The notes beneath the pieces are model-generated. The model had not been told where the DNA came from, did not search any database, and was given only the letters and a program-made list of their open reading frames with translations. The position numbers and the translations under genes are program-made. A DNA stretch of 32,000 bases from Halalkalibacterium halodurans (GTDB lineage: Bacteria; Bacillota; Bacilli; Bacillales; Bacillaceae_D), in assembly GCF_004376175.1 (NCBI RefSeq), contig NZ_SNUY01000015.1, forward strand, positions 1 through 32,000, in the 5' to 3' direction. Below, piece by piece: positions 17,513 to 26,398 of the stretch. How positions within the stretch are numbered: the stretch's first letter is position 1; each line of letters starts with the position of its first letter.

Positions 17513-18850
17513 TTACGTTAACGCAGGCATTCGTTTTAGCAACCGTTCGATGGAACGATCCGACTCCCGAAGAACGATGGCTGGATCGATCGTTTTCATC
17601 ACCCGATTTTCCATGACGACGCGGCCATTAATAATCGTCGTCTCCACATCTGCTCGCGTCGCTGAATACACAATTCGTGAAATCGGGTCCACATCAAACG
17701 ACGGGTACGTATGAAAATGACGTAAATTCAAAATCGCAAGGTCTGCCTTTTTTCCTACCTCTAGGCTTCCGATCTCATGATCCATTCCGATGGCTCTTGC
17801 CCCGTTAATTGTCGCCATCTTAAAAACTGTACGAGCATCCATTGCCGTTGGACCGTGCACCGGCTTTTGAATTAATGCAGCGAGTCTCATTTCATTAAAC
17901 ATATCTAAATTGTTGTTGCACGGAGCGCCGTCCGCTCCTAAACTAACGGGGATTGCTTGATCTAACAAACTGGGAATGTCCGCGATTCCGGATGCAAGCT
18001 TTAAATTAGATCCTGGGCAATGGCTCACATGAATACCTCGTTCTTTGATGATCCGTTTTTCGTTTTCACTCAACCAAATGCAGTGTGCTAATATGAGCCG
18101 TTCGTTCGCTAAGCCAACATGATCAAGGTATTCGATGTTTCGCATCCCCGTCTCCTGTTGGACCATTTCAATTTCTCCGCGATTTTCAGAGGCATGGGTG
18201 TGAACATGGACTTGATAATGGGCTGAAAGCTTCCCCACCTCACGCAAAAGCTCCTCGGTACAAGAGACGACAAAGCGAGGTGAAAACGCATAACGTATTC
18301 GACCTCCATCAAAGCTGTGCCACTCTTCAAGCAGTTCGATACTTTTTTCAATCGACTGAGCCGTTTTCTCTTGCAATGGGAGCGGCACTTCCTCCCCTTT
18401 ATCCATCATCACCTTACCTGATATCGCGCGAATGCCGCTTGAAGCAATCGCTGCAAACGCAGAGTCTGTATGATGAACGGTTTCCATATCCACGATGGTC
18501 GTCGTTCCACTTTTGATGAGCTCACCGATACCTAGCAAGGCAGAATAATAGATTGACTCAGAATCATGCGCGGCTTCAAGCGGCCAAATTCGCTTTTTGA
18601 GCCAATCCATTAATTCTAAGTCGTCGCCCTTCCCGCGAAAAAGCGTCTGACATAGATGAATGTGCGTTTGAACAAATCCAGGAATCACCGTCCGTCCAGT
18701 GGCATCAATCACTTTCTCGACTCCCTCTTCGCTTAAGTCTTGACCGATCGCACAAATGAGCCCATCCTTAATCAATAGATCACCGTAAACAATGTCCTCC
18801 TTTGGATTCATGGTTACCATCTCTGCCTGTTTAATTAGGATCGTTGTCAT
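17513..18850 (-). CDS. Amidohydrolase-superfamily nucleobase/nucleoside deaminase (cog0402: guanine / 8-oxoguanine / MTA-SAH deaminase / chlorohydrolase group)
   Basis: The metal ligands are PGFVQTHIHLCQ (HxH), HVHTHASE, AHCIW and GADGA. The size is 445 aa. The RBS GAGGAGG lies 7 nt before the ATG. Substrate cannot be assigned from sequence alone. Confidence 0.8.
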   Translation of the reverse strand: MTTILIKQAEMVTMNPKEDIVYGDLLIKDGLICAIGQDLSEEGVEKVIDATGRTVIPGFVQTHIHLCQTLFRGKGDDLELMDWLKKRIWPLEAAHDSESIYYSALLGIGELIKSGTTTIVDMETVHHTDSAFAAIASSGIRAISGKVMMDKGEEVPLPLQEKTAQSIEKSIELLEEWHSFDGGRIRYAFSPRFVVSCTEELLREVGKLSAHYQVHVHTHASENRGEIEMVQQETGMRNIEYLDHVGLANERLILAHCIWLSENEKRIIKERGIHVSHCPGSNLKLASGIADIPSLLDQAIPVSLGADGAPCNNNLDMFNEMRLAALIQKPVHGPTAMDARTVFKMATINGARAIGMDHEIGSLEVGKKADLAILNLRHFHTYPSFDVDPISRIVYSATRADVETTIINGRVVMENRVMKTIDPAIVLRESDRSIERLLKRMPALT

Positions 18851-18911
18851 ATAAAAGCCTCCTCAAGCATTCGCTTTCTAAATAGCCAATACATCATGTT
18901 CCTCAACGCGC

Positions 18912-19016
18912 AAAAAACCTAGCCACAAAAGAACACATTAACTGCATTCTTTTCGTAGCTAGGTATTTACGGTACCTGTAGAGACCCTCATCCCATATTG
19001 AGAGGATATACGAAGA
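18912..19016 (-). promoter_or_regulatory. Purine (guanine-family) riboswitch aptamer plus overlapping intrinsic terminator (ON-type expression platform)
   Basis: The minus-strand RNA is CUUCGUAUAUCCUCUCAAUAUGGGAUGAGGGUCUCUACAGGUACCGUAAAUACCUAGCUACGAAAAG. P1 is UUCGUA/UACGAA, L2 is AAUAUGG, J2/3 is GUCUCUAC and L3 is CCGUAAA, all cores of the purine riboswitch. A C immediately precedes the 3' strand of P1. It is followed by the terminator CCUAGCUACGAAAAGAA-N13-UUCUUUUGUGGCUAGG-UUUUUU, whose 5' arm is built from aptamer nucleotides. Confidence 0.85.
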
Positions 19017-19115
19017 GTGTTGAGCTCGATTAAGTTACCGTTAGTATATGATGATTTTAGGCGAGAAACCATTCATTTGTAAGGTAACTTATCAGCATTC
19101 TTCAACCCGTTTCCG

Positions 19116-20444
19116 TTAAATCACTATGATTCCCATGAAGATCGCGATGATGAACAAAACCAAACTGTATCCCCATACCCAGAAAAGCGAGTAGCGGATA
19201 TGTTTCCCCATCTCTAACCCTGCCAAACCAAGAGCTAGCCATAATGCTGGCGCAAATGGGCTGACAAACGTACCGATGATGTTACCGATGATTAGAGCAT
19301 AAGCTGCAGTCACACTATCGACACCGTAACCGGTCACGATTTGCTCTACAACTGGTAGCAATGCAAAGTAGTAGGCGTCCGTATTAAGCACTAGCTCAAA
19401 TGGAACACCGAACACACCGATAATTAAGTGTAAATATGGAACCGCAAATGCCGGTAACACTTTTACGATATCTTCAGCGAGCGCATCGAGCATCCCAGTG
19501 CCACCTAAGATCCCTAAAAATGCTCCCGCTGCCAAAATGATGGACGCCATTAATAATGCATTAGGGGCGTGAGCTTTGATTCGCTCCATTTGATCTTTTA
19601 CCTTCGGATAGTTAAGCGGTAAAGCGACGCCTAGCGCGATCATAAAGACAAATCCTGCAGGAATTTCCCCCCAGACGAGCAGACCGATCAACGCGAGCGT
19701 AATCAATAAGTTGACCCAAAGCAATTTTGGACGAGCTAATGAACGATCCTTCTTCTTTGTTTGATCATCAGCTTTAATCTCTGCCTCTTGCGCCGCTGCT
19801 GTCTCTGCGATGGCAGCCGGACCAAGCTTGGCAATACGCCGTTTTTCTCGAATTCCTAATAAGACGGCAAGCCCGATTAAGACAAAGAGTCCGATAATTT
19901 GCAGTGGAATGAGCGGACGCCATAGCTCTGTCGCATCCATTCCTAGTACTGCTGCCGTTCGACCGAGTGGTCCAGCCCACGGAAGCATGTTTAGCACACT
20001 GGCACTCGTTCCGACCAACAATAGGAGCAAGTACGGATTCATATTCAATCGCTTGTATAACGGAAGCAATGCAGGGATCGTAATTAAAAACGTCGACGCC
20101 CCTGATCCGTCCAAGTGAGCGACCGCTGCGATAAGGACCGTCGCTACTGCAACCGCTATCACATTTCCTTTTGAAATAGCAATCATTCGATCAATGATCG
20201 GATCAAACAATCCGGCGTCTTGCATAATACCGAAGTAAAGAATCGCAAAAATGAACATAATGACAACATTAATGACCCTGTCGATTCCTTCATCGAAGAA
20301 CCCGCCGATCTCAATAATGTCGAAGCCAGCTACCAAAGCAGCCACGAGTGGAATGATAACTAATGCAATGATCGGTGTCATTTTGCCACGTAAAAGCATG
20401 ATGACAATGAGCAGGATCGTCGCCAAACCGATAAGACTAAGCAT
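19116..20444 (-). CDS. CitMHS-family citrate (metal-citrate):H+ symporter
   Basis: The N-terminus MLSLIGLATILLIVIMLLRGKMTPIIALVIIPLVAALVAGF and the overall about 12-TM, 442-aa architecture are typical of CitM/CitH. The RBS GGGGGGAGAAAGC precedes ATG 20444. Confidence 0.75.
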   Translation of the reverse strand: MLSLIGLATILLIVIMLLRGKMTPIIALVIIPLVAALVAGFDIIEIGGFFDEGIDRVINVVIMFIFAILYFGIMQDAGLFDPIIDRMIAISKGNVIAVAVATVLIAAVAHLDGSGASTFLITIPALLPLYKRLNMNPYLLLLLVGTSASVLNMLPWAGPLGRTAAVLGMDATELWRPLIPLQIIGLFVLIGLAVLLGIREKRRIAKLGPAAIAETAAAQEAEIKADDQTKKKDRSLARPKLLWVNLLITLALIGLLVWGEIPAGFVFMIALGVALPLNYPKVKDQMERIKAHAPNALLMASIILAAGAFLGILGGTGMLDALAEDIVKVLPAFAVPYLHLIIGVFGVPFELVLNTDAYYFALLPVVEQIVTGYGVDSVTAAYALIIGNIIGTFVSPFAPALWLALGLAGLEMGKHIRYSLFWVWGYSLVLFIIAIFMGIIVI

Positions 20445-20485
20445 GCTTTCTCCCCCCTGAACGATCTTCACACGCCCTATCAAAT

Positions 20486-20500
20486 GTTAAGCGCTTTCAA
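20486..20500 (-). promoter_or_regulatory. cre-like box upstream of the citrate transporter gene
   Basis: The minus strand reads TTGAAAGCGCTTAAC, matching WTGNAANCGNWNNCW at 13/15 positions. It lies 42-56 nt upstream of the start codon. Confidence 0.35.
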
Positions 20501-20659
20501 AATAAGGCGTGAATTGAAGCAATTTTTTTAATATATAGAAACATACCATACAAAAAATACGGAGAAAAAGCTTACTCACATAAAACGAATTTTGTTTATT
20601 TTGTTCACGGAAGAACAAAAGACATCGCCATATAGACGATGCCTAGTTGTTTCATAGTT

Positions 20660-22573
20660 TTATCGTAACAGCCTGAGCCCATTTAGAATGACTAATATTG
20701 TACTTCCTTCATGCCCGATGACTCCCATCGGCAAGTGCAGAAACTGCATAAAGTTCGAGGCAATTAACGCAAGGATGACCACAATGGAGAACACGATGTT
20801 TTGCTTCACGATTCGATTCATTTTTTTCGAAAGTTGGACGGCTTCAGCGATTCGCGGCAAGTGGTTTTTCATGAGCACTACATCCGCCGTCTCTAGCGCC
20901 ACATCGGTTCCTTCCCCCATGGCGATACCGACGGAAGCCGTTGCCAAAGCAGGCGCATCATTAATCCCGTCCCCTACCATCGCGACAGTGCCGTATGCCT
21001 GTTTTAGTTTCTTCATTTCATCTACCTTCGTTTCTGGAAGACATTCTGCAACATACGTATCAATGCCACTTTCCTTCGCAATGGCCGCCGCCGTTTTTTC
21101 GCTGTCTCCCGTTAGCATGATCGTGCGAATCCCTGCTTTTTGCAATTGTTGAATCGCCGCGAGCGTGTCTTTGCGAACCTGGTCCTTAAGAGCGATCACT
21201 CCGGCTATTCCTTGCTCGTCTCTTGCAAAAACGATTGTTTTTCCTTCCTCAGCTAACCGGGTAGCGACTCCGCCTTTAAACTGCTCTGCTTCCACCTTGC
21301 CAACGAAATCAGCCTTCCCGATCTTCCAGGATACACCATTCAGATACGCGCTGACTCCGAACCCAGCCACATCCTCCATGTTTACAGGTTTTAGCTGATC
21401 GTTCATACAGGTGGATGCATGGCGAACAATGGCAGAAGCGAGTGGATGGTTTGAATATTTTTCAATCGACACCACATAGGTGAGTAGCTCCTCCTTCGTC
21501 ATTCCATCACGAACAATAACATCGGTCACCTCTGGTGTGCCTTTCGTCAATGTTCCTGTTTTATCGAACGCAATTGCTCTCAACTGGCCAAGATTCTCAA
21601 GGTGCACACCACCCTTTAGTAATATCCCTTTTCGGGCACCATTCGATATCGCCGATAAAGTCGCTGGCATGATCGATGCTACGAGCGCACAAGGGGACGC
21701 CACGACAAGCAAAATCATCGCTCGGTAAAACGTCTCCGTCCAGCTCCAGCCAAAGGCAAAATGGGGCACAAACATCATGAGCCCGACCGCCACAAGAACT
21801 GTTTTTACATACGGCCCCTCAAATCGTTCAATAAATTGCTGGGACGGCGATTTCTCACTTTGAGCCGTTTGCACTAATTGAATGATTTTTTGAAATAAGG
21901 TCTCGCTATTCGGCTTCGTAATTTCCACCATAATCGTTCCGCGCACATTCACCGTTCCGGCAAATACTTCGTCGTGTAATGACTTGCTAACGGGGATGGA
22001 TTCCCCTGTAATCGCCGCTTCGTCAAGACTTGTCTGACCTTCGATGATCTTTCCGTCGGAAGGCACCCGTTCCCCTGGTTTGATGACAATGACATCCCCG
22101 ACTAGTAACTGACTAACAGGAATTCTTTCCTCACTCCCATTTCTCACCCGTAGCGCTTCCTCCGGCTGTAATTCCATCAAGGCCGAAATTTCTTTATTGC
22201 TTTTGTTCATTGTGTACGTTTCAAGCGCACCGCTTAATGAGAAAATAAAGATTAATATCGCTCCTTCGATCCAGTACCCAATTGCCGCGGAACCAATCGC
22301 CGCAAAGATCATGAGCATTTCAACATTCAATTCTCTATTTGCAATTGTTTCTTCAATGCCTTCCTTTGCCTTCGCATACCCACCGATCACATACGCAGCT
22401 AAATAGACGGCAACAGCTACAGGAATGATTTGCTGATTTTCCAACACCCATCCAATGGAAATGAGCAAGCCGCTAAACAGAGCGGCTAACAGCTCAGCAT
22501 GAGGCTTTAATTTTTCAAACCAACTCGTATCCATTCGATTTGTTTGTTTCAAAGATTTTGTTTCTACAAACAT
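20660..22573 (-). CDS. P1B-4-type heavy-metal P-type ATPase (ZosA/CzcP/CtpD-like; no N-terminal metal-binding domain)
   Basis: It has the phosphorylation site FDKTGTLT, the hinge GDGINDAP, the transmembrane SPC motif (VVASPCALV) and the HEGST motif (GHEGSTILV). The size is 637 aa with no HMA/CxxC domain. The RBS GGAGGAGGAG lies 6 nt before the ATG. Confidence 0.85.
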   Translation of the reverse strand: MFVETKSLKQTNRMDTSWFEKLKPHAELLAALFSGLLISIGWVLENQQIIPVAVAVYLAAYVIGGYAKAKEGIEETIANRELNVEMLMIFAAIGSAAIGYWIEGAILIFIFSLSGALETYTMNKSNKEISALMELQPEEALRVRNGSEERIPVSQLLVGDVIVIKPGERVPSDGKIIEGQTSLDEAAITGESIPVSKSLHDEVFAGTVNVRGTIMVEITKPNSETLFQKIIQLVQTAQSEKSPSQQFIERFEGPYVKTVLVAVGLMMFVPHFAFGWSWTETFYRAMILLVVASPCALVASIMPATLSAISNGARKGILLKGGVHLENLGQLRAIAFDKTGTLTKGTPEVTDVIVRDGMTKEELLTYVVSIEKYSNHPLASAIVRHASTCMNDQLKPVNMEDVAGFGVSAYLNGVSWKIGKADFVGKVEAEQFKGGVATRLAEEGKTIVFARDEQGIAGVIALKDQVRKDTLAAIQQLQKAGIRTIMLTGDSEKTAAAIAKESGIDTYVAECLPETKVDEMKKLKQAYGTVAMVGDGINDAPALATASVGIAMGEGTDVALETADVVLMKNHLPRIAEAVQLSKKMNRIVKQNIVFSIVVILALIASNFMQFLHLPMGVIGHEGSTILVILNGLRLLR

Positions 22574-22612
22574 GGAAATCTCCTCCTCCGATTATCATTA
22601 AACTGAGATTCA

Positions 22613-22641
22613 TTCTCGTTTAATCATTGGTTAAATGAGAA
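22613..22641. promoter_or_regulatory. 11-7-11 inverted repeat in the ATPase leader (operator or RNA hairpin candidate)
   Basis: TTCTCGTTTAA-TCATTGG-TTAAATGAGAA: the arms are complementary at 10/11 positions. It lies 40-68 nt upstream of the start codon. Confidence 0.35.
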
Positions 22642-23129
22642 TAAAAATCATCATTAATACTCACTCTAAATGACCAAAAACCCTTTAAAAATAACACTAA
22701 ATCATGATGAACATACATATCATAACATGAACAAACAAAAATTTAAACAATAATAATTTTAATTTGATAAAAATTATTGATAACGAATTTCATTTTCAAA
22801 GATTCTTGAGTTCTGCTTTGTGTTTTGAATAATTTACTATAAGCAAAAGCGCCGAAAGTGCCACACACCCTCATGGAACAGAAAAGGAACTCCTTGAAAA
22901 ATCAGAGGTTCATTTTTTTAAAAAAGGTAAAAGCCCATAGACTCAAATGTCAAAACAGCTCACCATTAGGTCGAAAGTCACATCATTTAAAACGAAAAAA
23001 GACCACAGAGACACATCTCTCCATGACCTTAGCCTGCACATGTATTACTGCTGCATTTGTTGACCTTGATTAGCTTGCGAAAGTGCTGTATTCGCCGCTG
23101 CCAGATCCACCCTTACTTGCTCTTCCATA

Positions 23130-23822
23130 TTATATGGATGGTAGTACCCGTTTTTCATCATGTATTCGGTCATTTGACCGTGAAAACGGAACGTCAATAC
23201 ATCCGCCAAGCAATCGTCCATTGATGGAGAGTGTTTGCTTTGGAACGCCTTGCCATTTCGTCTTTTCCGTTAAGTGGAACACACACGGAGTTGGTCGCTC
23301 AAAATCCCATTCCTTTTGATACTTTTTCGACGAATGTTGCACAATTGAATCACCTATTTTTGTCGAAAGCACAGGCTGCCACATGGCTGTCGTATCGTCA
23401 GAATACTCACCCCGTAAGTCGACGAGATTGGTCCCGTGAGCCGTGGCTATTCCCGTATTTAACGTTATCGCAAGCAGCAAGAGGCTCGTATCAGAATAGC
23501 CTAATATCCATTTCGGCTCCCATTGTTCAAAATCTAAAAATGGTAAAACTTCAATCAGTAACTGGCCACCCCAAGGCGGAATCATAAGATCAATTGCATC
23601 ATCTTCCATCATTGCTTGAAGCTCGGTCGCCCTTTTTTTCGCCTCAGATGACTTTGCCTTTTCCTGCGTCCACACCGTTTCCCCACAAACGACACGAAAC
23701 CCACGTTCCTCCATGCGCTCACAAGCGGCTTTTACCAAGTCGTGAAGATCTTTAGGTACGCCTGATGAAGGAGCGGTTACGCCAATAGTCGCTCCCTCTT
23801 TTAACACCGGATAGCGAATCAT
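23130..23822 (-). CDS. S66-family LD-carboxypeptidase/MccF-like peptidase, apparently 3'-truncated or frameshifted
   Basis: It has the N-terminal block GATIGVTAPSSG and the nucleophile block ILGYSDTS, followed by LLGGCIDV. The ORF then ends at 230 aa, whereas family members I recall are about 300-340 aa, with catalytic Glu/His downstream of the GG motif. An alternative frame stays open 47 more codons, to about 23047. The RBS GGGAGGA precedes ATG 23822. Confidence 0.6.
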   Translation of the reverse strand: MIRYPVLKEGATIGVTAPSSGVPKDLHDLVKAACERMEERGFRVVCGETVWTQEKAKSSEAKKRATELQAMMEDDAIDLMIPPWGGQLLIEVLPFLDFEQWEPKWILGYSDTSLLLLAITLNTGIATAHGTNLVDLRGEYSDDTTAMWQPVLSTKIGDSIVQHSSKKYQKEWDFERPTPCVFHLTEKTKWQGVPKQTLSINGRLLGGCIDVPFSRSNDRIHDEKRVLPSI

Positions 23823-23956
23823 GTCATATCCTCCCATCATTTTCATTCATTTCTATAACCCTATTAGTTCATTCTACTTTATCCCTCCATTAAATCGCCA
23901 TATCTACTATTTAGCCGAGCTTCTTTTTCCAATATAGACGTAACGTTTACACCAAG

Positions 23957-24895
23957 TCAGCTTACTTTACAAGGTGCCTTTTCTTTCTCCGCGGAGGCTA
24001 TCTCCTTCTCTTTCAGCCATGCCATGATAAAAATCATTCCAAGAATACAAGCTGTTCCTAGCCATTGAAACGCACCGAACGGCTCATGGAGCCAGACAAT
24101 CATCGTCACGACGGCTGCTAATGGCTCAACACTTCCGAGAAGACTCGTTTCTTTCGGGGAAAGAGTTTGCAAGCTTTCGATATAAAACCAAAACGCTAGC
24201 ATCGTCCCGAATACTACGACAAACCCTAAATAAACATACGTTTCTAGCTCAAATTGGGCGAGGTCTACGCGCCACGGCGGGTGGATGATACTTAAAGCGA
24301 CACCACCGATCACCATGGCCCAACCGACAATCACTAAGGAATCGTATTGCTTTAATAAAGGAACAGCGTATAGTGTATAAAAAGCGAGCGCCACGCCGGA
24401 AAGGATCCCCCAAACAATGGCGGGTGTGGGCACCGAAAGCTGAGAAAGTGATCCGTTCGTTAATAAGAAAAAACATCCGAGCAAGGCGAGGGACACAGTC
24501 ACAAAATCTCGACCTGTAAATGGGCTTTGCCTGCGAACGAACAAATACAAGATGATCATTGCTGGCGCTAAATATTGCAGCAATGTGGCCACTGCTGAAT
24601 TGCCATGCTTGATCGAAGCCATGTACGTATATTGAACCGCGAGCATACCTACAATTCCGAAAATAAGTAGCTTCCCTGCTGTCTGTCTCGTCTGCCAAAC
24701 CCGGAAAACTTGCGTCTGATCCTTTAACACACATTGTATAGTTAAAAGCAAGGCTCCTGCCGCAAGCAACCTAGTCGACACAAGCCAATTCACATCGACA
24801 TCGTATTGTTGGAAAAGCTTTTGGGCAACGGTGCCACCTACACCCCAACAAATGGCCCCAGTTAAGACGAGAATAACTCCTATCCACCGCTTCAT
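23957..24895 (-). CDS. EamA/DMT-superfamily transporter
   Basis: The 312-aa protein has ten predicted TM segments in two EamA-like halves ([14 protein letters not shown]..., [11 protein letters not shown]...). The RBS AAAGGTGGAGAG precedes ATG 24895, and the upstream part of the tracked ORF is not coding. Confidence 0.75.
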   Translation of the reverse strand: MKRWIGVILVLTGAICWGVGGTVAQKLFQQYDVDVNWLVSTRLLAAGALLLTIQCVLKDQTQVFRVWQTRQTAGKLLIFGIVGMLAVQYTYMASIKHGNSAVATLLQYLAPAMIILYLFVRRQSPFTGRDFVTVSLALLGCFFLLTNGSLSQLSVPTPAIVWGILSGVALAFYTLYAVPLLKQYDSLVIVGWAMVIGGVALSIIHPPWRVDLAQFELETYVYLGFVVVFGTMLAFWFYIESLQTLSPKETSLLGSVEPLAAVVTMIVWLHEPFGAFQWLGTACILGMIFIMAWLKEKEIASAEKEKAPCKVS

Positions 24896-25007
24896 GCTTC
24901 TCTCCACCTTTAAATACCATAATGGTGTTATAATAAGGGAAAAATCAGCTAAAAAATACTCAAATCGGACGAAAAAATATAAGAATATTGAGGTGAATCG
25001 AGTGGAG

Positions 25008-25898
25008 ATGAACGAAGTGATCATTGATGAAAATTTGAAAGAATCGATTGATCTCTGGACATTCATGCTACCCATTATCTCTCATCGAACAACCATTCGA
25101 AAGAACATCCATGGCTACATGCCCCTTCATTGGCACGATGAGCTACAATTTGTCGTCATCATTCAAGGGGAAGCCCGCTTTCAAGTCAATGAGGAAGCCA
25201 TCATCGTTCAAGAGGGGGACGGGTTGTTCATCAATAGCGGGTGCCTTCATATGGCGGAGGATGGGAACGGATCAAACTGTGTCTATATTTGCTTAAATGT
25301 ACCGGCACAATCGATCATATCCCGTGAACTGTATACTGCTTACGTGGCTCCGTACGTTCAAGCGACAAACCTCCCTTACGTGCTTATTCCTTCAAGTGAG
25401 ATGTGGGGACAAAACATAATAGAAGCGACGTTAAATATCCATCAATGTCTCGAGGAGCAGCCCCCGTACTATGAGATGGACATTACGACAAAGCTAACGG
25501 TCATATGGAAAAACTTAATTACAAACGGATTTCCATTGGAATACGATCAGTCCGCCATGATTAAAAACCAACGAATGAAAGCGATGCTTCAATGGATTCA
25601 TCTCCATTACGGGGAGAACATTCGCTTGGATGATATAGCGAAAGCCGGACAGCTAAGCCGCTCTGAATGTTGTCGTTATTTCAAACGAACATTAAAAATG
25701 ACGCCACTTCAATATGTGACAGATTATCGAATCCAAAAAAGCGTAACTCTCCTCCAGCAGCCAGAATCGAACGTCACAGACGTTGCCTATCAAGTGGGCT
25801 TTAACAGCACAAGCTATTTCATCGATCAATTTCGCAAAGCGATGAATATGACACCACTGCGCTACAAAAAGTCAAAGCTCGAACGTTTAATTGATTAG
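25008..25898 (+). CDS. AraC-family transcriptional regulator (cupin sensor domain plus HTH_18)
   Basis: The N-terminal cupin is [20 protein letters not shown], and the C-terminal AraC HTH is [39 protein letters not shown]...[21 protein letters not shown]. It is divergent from the EamA gene. GTG 25002 is an alternative start. Confidence 0.8.
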   Translation: MNEVIIDENLKESIDLWTFMLPIISHRTTIRKNIHGYMPLHWHDELQFVVIIQGEARFQVNEEAIIVQEGDGLFINSGCLHMAEDGNGSNCVYICLNVPAQSIISRELYTAYVAPYVQATNLPYVLIPSSEMWGQNIIEATLNIHQCLEEQPPYYEMDITTKLTVIWKNLITNGFPLEYDQSAMIKNQRMKAMLQWIHLHYGENIRLDDIAKAGQLSRSECCRYFKRTLKMTPLQYVTDYRIQKSVTLLQQPESNVTDVAYQVGFNSTSYFIDQFRKAMNMTPLRYKKSKLERLID

Positions 25899-25908
25899 GA
25901 GTGAAGCT

Positions 25909-26352
25909 ATGTATTTTCCTTCTAAAAAAGATATTGGGCTTGGGGGCATCTATTGGCTCGTTATTTTCCTATTCACTCTTCCTCCCGTCGTCTTTTCTGA
26001 CTTCGGTGTGTTCATGTTACCAAGCTTTTTCGATACCTATCCAGTGAGATTAACCTTTTTCTATACAATAGCAGGATTGTTGTTGTGGATTTGGTTTCGA
26101 ACAGGCTATACCGTAACAGAGGATTGGCTCGTCATCGAATACGGCCCTATCCAAAAGAAGGTTGAGATCGAAACGATTGAAAGTATTCGTGAAACAAAAA
26201 ATCCGTTTATCGATCCAGCTCTATCGATAAACAAACTTCAGTTATATTATGGTAACGGTAGACACATTGCTATTTCCCCTAAAGAAAAAGAACATTTTAA
26301 GAAACAGTTAGTAAAACGAAATCCGAAAATAAAAATCATCAATCAAAGGTAA
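25909..26352 (+). CDS. Membrane protein with C-terminal bacterial PH-like domain
   Basis: It has two N-terminal TM segments, then YTVTEDWLVIEYGPIQKKVEIETIESI...LQLYYGNGRHIAISPKEKEHF, which resembles bacterial PH (bPH) domain proteins. The RBS AGGAGTG lies 5 nt before ATG 25909. Confidence 0.55.
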   Translation: MYFPSKKDIGLGGIYWLVIFLFTLPPVVFSDFGVFMLPSFFDTYPVRLTFFYTIAGLLLWIWFRTGYTVTEDWLVIEYGPIQKKVEIETIESIRETKNPFIDPALSINKLQLYYGNGRHIAISPKEKEHFKKQLVKRNPKIKIINQR

Positions 26353-26380
26353 GAGCCAGATCATCACCGGACCTGGCTCT
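26352..26380. terminator. Hairpin between convergent genes (possible terminator, no clean U-run)
   Basis: AGAGCCAG-N13-CTGGCTCT is a perfect 8-bp stem that starts at the stop codon of the PH-domain gene. Confidence 0.3.
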
Positions 26381-26398
26381 TCCTGAGTACTCAAGTGG

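Noticed and set aside
22765-22783. A Fur/PerR/Zur box upstream of the metal ATPase
   Set aside because: It matches the classic 19-bp Fur box at only about 12/19 positions and has 3-4 mismatches to the 7-1-7 Fur or PerR cores. In such AT-rich DNA, this is expected by chance.
22858-23319. Plus-strand ORFs of 71 aa and 78 aa
   Set aside because: The second is antisense to the S66 peptidase gene. The first lies in the unassigned region, with no RBS and a Lys/Arg-rich low-complexity translation.
24896-25075. The N-terminal 60-codon extension of the EamA ORF, and the upstream part of the AraC ORF (24831-25007)
   Set aside because: The two extensions overlap each other on opposite strands in the divergent promoter region. 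Good RBSs precede the internal starts (24895 and 25002/25008).
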